64,000 bases of DNA, from assembly GCA_964523885.1 (NCBI GenBank), contig CAZFYX010000072.1, forward strand, positions 9,240 to 73,239, in the 5' to 3' direction. Source of the DNA: an uncultured Burkholderiales bacterium. Lineage in GTDB: Bacteria > Pseudomonadota > Gammaproteobacteria > Burkholderiales > SHXO01. The notes beneath the pieces are model-generated. The model was not told the DNA's origin and made no database searches. It saw only the letters and a list, made by a program, of their open reading frames with translations. Each line of letters opens with the position of its first letter. Position 1 is the first letter of the stretch. A program made the position numbers and the translations under genes. Of the stretch, positions 19,536 through 25,881 are shown piece after piece.

Positions 19536-20939
19536 TCAGATCGCCTCGAGGAACGCGACCAGCGCGTCCCGGTCACGCTTGGACAGCGCCGCGAACGCAT
19601 CGCGCGACCTCTGCGCTTCGCCACCGTGCCAGAGCACGGCCTCGATGAAACTGCGCGCTCGCCCGTCATGCAGCAACGCTGTGCTGCCATTCACTGTCTT
19701 CGACAGGCCGAGTCCCCACAGCGGCGGCGTGCGCCAGTCGCGCCCGCCGGCCGCGTAGTCGGGCCGGTGATCGGCGAGTCCCTCGCCCATGTCGTGCAGC
19801 AGCAGATCGGTGTAGGCCCGTATCGTCTGGCGTGACAACTGCGGCAAGCGCGGGAAGTACTCGGCCGTGGTGAGGGTAGGCACATGGCACACGGCGCATT
19901 GCAGCTGCTCGAACAATGCAGCGCCGCGCTGCACGGCAGCGTTGTTCATGCCGCGCGTCGCCGGCACGCCCAGCCCGAGCATCAGCATCTCGAAGTCGTC
20001 CCAGGCCGCGTCGCTCAGCTCCGGGTCGTTGCCCGGCACTTCCTTGCGGCACAACGTCTGCACTTCCGGGCAGTTCTGCCTCGGGAACAGGCTGGAGGTC
20101 ACACCCATGTCGTTTAGGGCGGCGGCCGCGACCTGCTGGCGCAGGTTGGGCTGGTTCGCCTTCCAGCCGAAGCGGCCGAGCGCCATGCGCTGGTTGACTT
20201 CATCCCAGACGTAGTTGGGGCGCCCGTTGAATCCCAGCTGGCGCTGCCTCTCGGCGATGGCGAGCAGGCTGTCCTCCGGCACGGCCTCCAGCAGTCCGAG
20301 GCCGAACACGGGCGGCGCCAGGCGCAGTGAGGTCATGGTGTCTGCAGGAAGATCGCCGAACGTCGGGCTCTCGACGCTCAGCCTGGGCCTGCGCAGGCTG
20401 ACCTCCGTGCCGTCCGCCAGTTGCACCTTGTGCTCGTCCCAGTCGAGGTAGACATCGGCCTCTGCGGGAACGGGCGAGTAGGCGAACAGCGACTCCGGCT
20501 TCTCGCCCTGAAGAGCGCGGTTCTGCAGTTGGTCCCCGTAGTGCGCCAGGGGCTTCGGTCCCCCGTGCAGGTCGGTGCCTGGCACGCTCAGGCGCACGAC
20601 CATTGCCAGCAGCTGTGCGTTGGCGGACTTGGGGAGGGTGCCTCGCCCGGCCCCGCCGTGGCAAGCACTGCAGCGGTCCGCCACGAAGGTGGGACCGAGC
20701 CCCCAATCGCCCGTGCTGACGGAGAACACCACCCAGGGCCGGTTGAACCCGGCCTGCCCGCGCAGGAAGGCGGTGCGCTGGCGTTCGCTCAGCACCGGGG
20801 CCGGCTGGGAGTAGGCGCCGGCGTCGGTGGCGGCAACCGTGAACGAACCTGCGGGCAGGGTGACGTCGCCGTCGTCTGCCGTGCCCGTGCAGCTCAGGGC
20901 GGCTGCCACACCACCGATCAGAAGTCGCTTGAACCGCAT
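19536..20939 (-). CDS. Di-heme oxidoreductase (DUF1111, putative peroxidase)
   Basis: 467 aa with a signal-like N-terminus and two CxxCH motifs (CSACH, CAVCH). The C-terminus DRDALVAFLEAI is typical of this family. Confidence 0.8.
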   Translation of the reverse strand: MRFKRLLIGGVAAALSCTGTADDGDVTLPAGSFTVAATDAGAYSQPAPVLSERQRTAFLRGQAGFNRPWVVFSVSTGDWGLGPTFVADRCSACHGGAGRGTLPKSANAQLLAMVVRLSVPGTDLHGGPKPLAHYGDQLQNRALQGEKPESLFAYSPVPAEADVYLDWDEHKVQLADGTEVSLRRPRLSVESPTFGDLPADTMTSLRLAPPVFGLGLLEAVPEDSLLAIAERQRQLGFNGRPNYVWDEVNQRMALGRFGWKANQPNLRQQVAAAALNDMGVTSSLFPRQNCPEVQTLCRKEVPGNDPELSDAAWDDFEMLMLGLGVPATRGMNNAAVQRGAALFEQLQCAVCHVPTLTTAEYFPRLPQLSRQTIRAYTDLLLHDMGEGLADHRPDYAAGGRDWRTPPLWGLGLSKTVNGSTALLHDGRARSFIEAVLWHGGEAQRSRDAFAALSKRDRDALVAFLEAI

Positions 20940-21059
20940 GGACGGGCAGTATGCCGCAGGGCTGCGCCAACCTCCAGAGGCCCGCGCTGTCGCCTAGCGT
21001 CAGATATTCCGCGCCGTTGTGAGGGGATTCGATGAGGAACCGGGCTTTGGGCTACCAAT

Positions 21060-21722
21060 TTACCGCATGAGGGGGCGCCGAACCATGATGCCAAGCAGCA
21101 TTCCAATGCAACACAAGAGCAGAGTCAGGGGCGGCTCCGTGATGACCGTGAACCTATATATGTCACGGCCGTTAGCGCAATCCGGGCCCGAACAGAACGT
21201 GAGGCCGAAGTTTGCTTCGTCGAAGCCGGTGGGGTCCGGCGCTGCGAACGGAATCCTATCGTTCGGCACAAAGCGCGGGGCAATGGGACCGTAGAAGGTA
21301 AGGCCCATCTCCGAGACGCGACAATCACCAGGCAAGAGGGGGCCGGACACCAGCAACGGGTCCGACGACGGCCGGAACGCATAAAAGCTTTGGGGACTGG
21401 CCGGCGGTAGTTCGATGCGCAGATTTCCGGAGGACGAAAGGAACTGTCGGCCAGCGAACGTTGTTAGAAACGCGGTGATCGCCCCCGGATAGTCGCCGAA
21501 CTCTGGTTCGGGTGTTGTATCGGGCGCATGTGCGTTGAGTGTGATCGCTATCTGCGCGTCGCGCCCGAGGAGGGCGGGGCCGCATGGATCCGAGCCGAAG
21601 CGCTCGACCAACTTCGCGGCGTAATGAAATGTGATCGGGGCGGCCTCGAGCGTCCCGAAATGAGCTGATGTCAGGGCAAGTGCTATTGCGCCCGCTGTTG
21701 CTGCGATTGATGCTTGTGTCAT
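21060..21722 (-). CDS. Hypothetical secreted protein with a PEP-CTERM-like sorting tail
   Basis: Frame of ORF 21060..21770, starting at ATG 21722 behind the SD GGAGAGG. Has a signal-like N-terminus. The C-terminus ITEPPLTLLLCCIGMLLGIMVRRP reads as xEP motif + TM + basic cluster. Confidence 0.55.
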   Translation of the reverse strand: MTQASIAATAGAIALALTSAHFGTLEAAPITFHYAAKLVERFGSDPCGPALLGRDAQIAITLNAHAPDTTPEPEFGDYPGAITAFLTTFAGRQFLSSSGNLRIELPPASPQSFYAFRPSSDPLLVSGPLLPGDCRVSEMGLTFYGPIAPRFVPNDRIPFAAPDPTGFDEANFGLTFCSGPDCANGRDIYRFTVITEPPLTLLLCCIGMLLGIMVRRPLMR

Positions 21723-22277
21723 TTTCAACCTCTCCAGCAGCCTGTGTGACAGACCGGGAACCGCGGGCAAGCGAAAGACCTGGTCGATAGATCAGACAAC
21801 TGCGGTCGCCGCGTCGAGGTCAAGTAAGTTTAGCCGACGCATCTACCAGGCTTGCTGCAGCTTGACTTGCCGGACACTCGCCGGACTGGTTGCCATGCTG
21901 TCGGCCGCGCTCGTCATTTATGGGTGATCGTTGCCGGCGCCATCGCCGGAGGCATGGTTCGGGCGTTGACGTGCAGGTTAGGGCCGCGGATCGTACTGCC
22001 GGCGCTGCACACGGGTATCCGGATTGCCACCGTTCCTGGATCGCACCCTAGAACCGGGAGGGCGAGCCACGAAAATCAATCTCTTCCCCATGGCCTGCAC
22101 ATATGTGGCGTTCGGGCTGTCAATTGCGTCGACAGCTCCCATGCAATCCCAAGTCCACTTCGTGCGGGAGATCGCGACCTCAACGGGACGGCTTGAAGGA
22201 CACTGTGCTGCCCAACAGTCTGGTCGTGTTCAGTGCGGCTACAGTGAGAATCAGTTGCCGGGCAGGGAGGTAGGACG

Positions 22278-22994
22278 ATGAACCATAGATTGGCACGAGT
22301 CACATATGCGCTTGCCATGGTGCTCCTGTCGGGCGTGGCCGCGGCAACTCCGGTTGGCCGATGGGGCCGCGACGTCAATCACGACGGCGCGATCGACGCC
22401 GTGCTGCTCGACGCGCAGGGCAACGTCGAGAAGGTAGTGTGGTACGGAAACCCGAAGGGGTATGTCTACAACTTCTGGGTGAACGGCTATAACTCGGACG
22501 GCTGGCTCGCCGGGACCGAAGGCATCGACGCGATGGCGGTCGGTCCGGTGCTGTGGGACCCACGCGGCTACCTGCATCCGATCATGCCGCCGCCGAGTAA
22601 CGCGCCCCACGGCTTCGACGATGGTGGCAGCTTTGACATGACCGAGGCCGGGTGGCTCTGCATGGACTTCGTGGGCGGCCTGAACGTCGAGTACAACGTC
22701 CACACCGGTCAGGTCGTGCTGATCGGGCACCGGCGGCCGCTGCACGCCCCATGCGGGGAGAACGATCCGCTCACCAACTTTACGACCCCGGTCCAGGATG
22801 AACCGCCCCCGGACCTGCTGCTCTATGTTGCACCGCTGAGCGACGGGATCCGCCCGATCTCCGAGCCGGCGGCCGGGACATTATTCGTCACCGTCGTTGT
22901 AGCGTTGGGTTGGGCTCGCATGCGGATGCGGTCGCAGGACCAAGGTCGGCATACAGCCCTTGAGAAGCCCGACGCATTGCCGCCTCGCGCTTGA
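22278..22994 (+). CDS. Hypothetical secreted protein with a PEP-CTERM-like sorting tail
   Basis: 238 aa with an SD GGAGG upstream and a signal-like N-terminus. Near the C-terminus, ISEPAAGTLFVTVVVALGWARMRMR reads as SEP + TM + Arg cluster, followed by about 20 extra residues. Confidence 0.55.
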   Translation: MNHRLARVTYALAMVLLSGVAAATPVGRWGRDVNHDGAIDAVLLDAQGNVEKVVWYGNPKGYVYNFWVNGYNSDGWLAGTEGIDAMAVGPVLWDPRGYLHPIMPPPSNAPHGFDDGGSFDMTEAGWLCMDFVGGLNVEYNVHTGQVVLIGHRRPLHAPCGENDPLTNFTTPVQDEPPPDLLLYVAPLSDGIRPISEPAAGTLFVTVVVALGWARMRMRSQDQGRHTALEKPDALPPRA

Positions 22995-23020
22995 TGGGCT
23001 GCGACGAGGGAGGGTTCGCG

Positions 23021-23890
23021 ATGAGGGCGCGGACGATGAGGATCGTCGTGTGTGCGCTGGCGGTGGCGTCCGGGCCAGCACCGGTTCACGCGATTCCGTT
23101 CGACCACCTCGACATCACCCTGGACGCCAGGGTGCGTCGTGTCACGGGCGGCGGGTCGTTCACGACGCCGACGCCGAGCGGCGGTATACGGCTGCGAACC
23201 TACAGCGTCTCCGAGATACCGAACTTCTATTGGAAGGTCGGGGACAGGTTCACCTTGCGGTGGAAGCTGACTCCGGATGAGGTGGCTCAATTGAGTGGTG
23301 GCCCGGACAAGGTCGCGTGCTTTCCCCACTACCAGTTTCTCGGTACCACCCCCGCTGGTTTCCCGCCTGACTTGTGTGACAAGTTATCCGAGGACGCGCC
23401 GTTCTCCGACACGTGGGAGTTGGACCCGCCTTCGATCGGTCCCTCGGTCAACTTGGAGACCGGCGTGGTGACGCCGCACTACGGTCCGCAGACGCTGTGG
23501 GACGATTGGTGTTGCGCGTATTACTACGATTCCTCCACCGACGCTTTCGTGGCGGGAGGCATGGCCAGTTTTCCCACTGGTCAAGACAGTCAAAGGGTGC
23601 CCTACTTCTCACAGGGCATGATCGGCGCTCGTCACGGCCGATTCTCGTACCTCTACGCGATCGATCCGCTGGGTGCAGAGGCGTTCGACTGGACGCGTCC
23701 GGAGTTCGCGACGGGGAGCGCAGAGGTCCTGTTCGACGCGGTATGGCGAGTGAACGGCAGCGTGATACCAGAACCCGGGTCTCTGGCGCTCGCGTCGCTC
23801 GCCGTCGTCTTGCTGATAGGCATGCATCGCGGCGCAAGGCATGCGGCCGCCGTAACCCGCGCCAATGCTGCGGGAGACGACGTCCGCTGA
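23021..23890 (+). CDS. Hypothetical secreted PEP-CTERM protein
   Basis: Frame of ORF 22991..23890, with the start at ATG 23021 behind the SD GAGGGAGGG. Signal peptide MRARTMRIVVCALAVASGPAPVHA. The tail VIPEPGSLALASLAVVLLIGMHRGARH is a canonical PEP-CTERM tail. Confidence 0.65.
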   Translation: MRARTMRIVVCALAVASGPAPVHAIPFDHLDITLDARVRRVTGGGSFTTPTPSGGIRLRTYSVSEIPNFYWKVGDRFTLRWKLTPDEVAQLSGGPDKVACFPHYQFLGTTPAGFPPDLCDKLSEDAPFSDTWELDPPSIGPSVNLETGVVTPHYGPQTLWDDWCCAYYYDSSTDAFVAGGMASFPTGQDSQRVPYFSQGMIGARHGRFSYLYAIDPLGAEAFDWTRPEFATGSAEVLFDAVWRVNGSVIPEPGSLALASLAVVLLIGMHRGARHAAAVTRANAAGDDVR

Positions 23891-23950
23891 CGCGGGACTC
23901 GCCTCGCGCGGTAGCCGCCGGCAGCGTTCACCTGCGCGGGGTACCGCGGA

Positions 23951-24895
23951 TTACTTGCCTGAGTCTGCTGGCAGGAACCCGTACTTCCGATACACCGCCT
24001 GCCCCGCCGGACTGACGAGGAACTGCACGAACGCCGCCGCGGCCTCCCGGTGTGGTGCATCGCGCATCAATCCCACCGTGTAGGTGGCGTACTTGTTCTG
24101 CACTTCGGGCAGCTCCACCATCCCGAGTGGGTACTGCTTGATGACGTGGTGGAAGTACGCTTCCGTGTACCAGACCGCCCCGGCGCTGCAGCGTCCCTCC
24201 ATGATCCAAAGCGGCGTCTGGCGATGGTGGATGTGGGTCAGGAAGGTCGTCCCCGCTTCCGCCTTGGCCGAGTACACCGCATTAACCAGCGCGTCCCCGC
24301 CCGTCGCCTGCAATGCCGGGATGATGACATTGCGCGCCACCCCTTCCCACTTCGGGTTGGGCATGCACAGCTTCAACGACGGGTTGGCCAGGTCCGGCCA
24401 GCCCGTGAGGCGATCCGGAGTCCCCGGGGCGGTCATGATCGCCAGCCGGTTGCGCGCATAGTCTTCGAGGTGGGCGAACCACTGCTTGTCGCGCTGCAGT
24501 TCCTGCATCCGCCCCTTGCCGGTGGCGAAGACGTCCGGCCGGTGCGTGATCCGCAGGTTGCCGATCACGATCGCGCCCTGCTCGATCTGGTCGATCAGCA
24601 CGCCGGGTGGGAGAGTTTCGACGAAGATGCGCCGGTAGGCGGGGTAGGCGGCCTGGAACGCGGTGACCAGGTCGTGAACGACCATGTACTGGTTGCCGGC
24701 GAAGAACACCACGAGGTCGGGGTCGACCACGTCGCCGTACAGATCAGGCACGTTGTCGATGCCCGGCACCGTGAAGTTCCTGCCCTCCTCGGGCCCGGGG
24801 TTCCAGGGTGGTTGGATCACTTCGCCGGCGGCTGCACCGGCCGCCGCCAGCGCGAACGCGCCCGCGGCGATCCAGTGGGCGACGCCGGTGGTCAC
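23951..24895 (-). CDS. Periplasmic substrate-binding protein (molybdate/sulfate/tungstate-type PBP fold)
   Basis: 314 aa with a signal-like N-terminus. The FFAGNQYMVVHDLVTAFQAAYP region resembles type-2 periplasmic binding proteins. The ligand cannot be assigned. Confidence 0.6.
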   Translation of the reverse strand: MTTGVAHWIAAGAFALAAAGAAAGEVIQPPWNPGPEEGRNFTVPGIDNVPDLYGDVVDPDLVVFFAGNQYMVVHDLVTAFQAAYPAYRRIFVETLPPGVLIDQIEQGAIVIGNLRITHRPDVFATGKGRMQELQRDKQWFAHLEDYARNRLAIMTAPGTPDRLTGWPDLANPSLKLCMPNPKWEGVARNVIIPALQATGGDALVNAVYSAKAEAGTTFLTHIHHRQTPLWIMEGRCSAGAVWYTEAYFHHVIKQYPLGMVELPEVQNKYATYTVGLMRDAPHREAAAAFVQFLVSPAGQAVYRKYGFLPADSGK

Positions 24896-25449
24896 AGCTG
24901 GATGAAGACGTAGCCCTGCTGCTGGAGCAGGACGAGGTCCGTGATCGCGGAAAGTGTCAGTTCAACCTTGGGACTGACCCAGTCCGACGCGATCTTGTTG
25001 TGCGCGAGCGCCTGGCCGCACACCATGATCTTGACGCCGGCCTTCTCGAGCGCCTCGATGACCTTCAGGTTCGGGTTGTCGACGTTGAAGCGCTCCTTGT
25101 AGTGCTCGTTGTCGAGCACGGAGGGGGTTGCCGGCCCGTGGATCACGCCGATGAAGTGCAGCTTCGACAGCGGCACGCCCGCGGACGCAAAGATGTTCAC
25201 TGCGCGCGCGAGCTTGTCCAGGGCGGGGTTGACCTTCTCCGGCTCCCCCCGCTCGGTCACGTTGTAGACCACCTTGTACTCGACATCCTTGCCCGGCTGC
25301 ATGGCGGCGTTGGGGTACGGCATGACCTTGCCGAAGCCCGGTATCGCCGGGTAGACCCAGTCGCTATCGGCGGCGTGGGCCGCGGAAGCCAGCATGGCCA
25401 GGGCCAGGCCTGCCAGGGTGGCACGAATTGCAAAAATGAGCTTGTCCAT
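24892..25449 (-). CDS. DsrE/DsrF-like family protein with signal peptide
   Basis: Frame of ORF 24892..25572, with the start at ATG 25449 behind the SD GAGGAG. Signal peptide MDKLIFAIRATLAGLALAMLASAAHA. Has a DsrE-like Cys motif (KIMVCGQALAHN). Its stop overlaps the start of the PBP gene by 4 nt. Confidence 0.6.
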   Translation of the reverse strand: MDKLIFAIRATLAGLALAMLASAAHAADSDWVYPAIPGFGKVMPYPNAAMQPGKDVEYKVVYNVTERGEPEKVNPALDKLARAVNIFASAGVPLSKLHFIGVIHGPATPSVLDNEHYKERFNVDNPNLKVIEALEKAGVKIMVCGQALAHNKIASDWVSPKVELTLSAITDLVLLQQQGYVFIQL

Positions 25450-25602
25450 CTGCTTCTCCTCGGGATGAGTCGTGGGACGACGGGATTGTGCCAGCAAGGC
25501 AGCGGATCGGCTGCGGGCGCTGTCTGTCGCACCGGGGACCCGGACCCCGAGCGCGCCGCCGCCGGACATCAAGCAATCGGTCAGATGGCCGAAGATGGGG
25601 AC

Positions 25603-25881
25603 ATGTCACGCGAACCGACGATGCACCCGCTCCCCGCCGAGGCGACCACCGCGTTACAGCGCGGCAACAAGATCGCTGCGATCAAGGTCGTGCGCGTCGC
25701 GCACGGCCTGGGCCTGAAAGAGGCCAAGGACCTGGTGGAAGCCCATCTCGCCGCCAACGCCTCCCTGCGGCAGGCCTACGCAAGTGTGCAGCCGCAGCCC
25801 GGTGGCCGTGGCCTGCTGCTCTGGGTCGCAGTGGTGCTGGCGGCGGGCTGGCTGCTGTTCCTGTTCCTCAAGCGCGGCTAG
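25603..25881 (+). CDS. Small membrane-anchored protein with a ribosomal bL12 C-terminal-domain-like segment
   Basis: 3' part of ORF 24808..25881. ALQRGNKIAAIKVVRVAHGLGLKEAKDLVEAHL resembles the bL12 CTD. It is followed by the TM segment LLLWVAVVLAAGWLLFLFL. Alternative starts are 25585 and 25621. Confidence 0.5.
   Translation: MSREPTMHPLPAEATTALQRGNKIAAIKVVRVAHGLGLKEAKDLVEAHLAANASLRQAYASVQPQPGGRGLLLWVAVVLAAGWLLFLFLKRG

Noticed and set aside
22118-22134. TGT-N11-ACA palindrome (TGTCAATTGCGTCGACA) as a PpsR site; likewise TGT-N8-ACA at 17487-17500
   Set aside because: The spacing differs from the N12 required for PpsR/CrtJ operators. No second site is nearby, and the locations are not upstream of photosynthesis genes.
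17107-25881. Calling the accessory block a mobile genomic island
   Set aside because: No integrase, transposase, tRNA target, direct-repeat borders or conjugation genes are visible. The compositional shift was judged only by eye, so no mobile_element feature is claimed.
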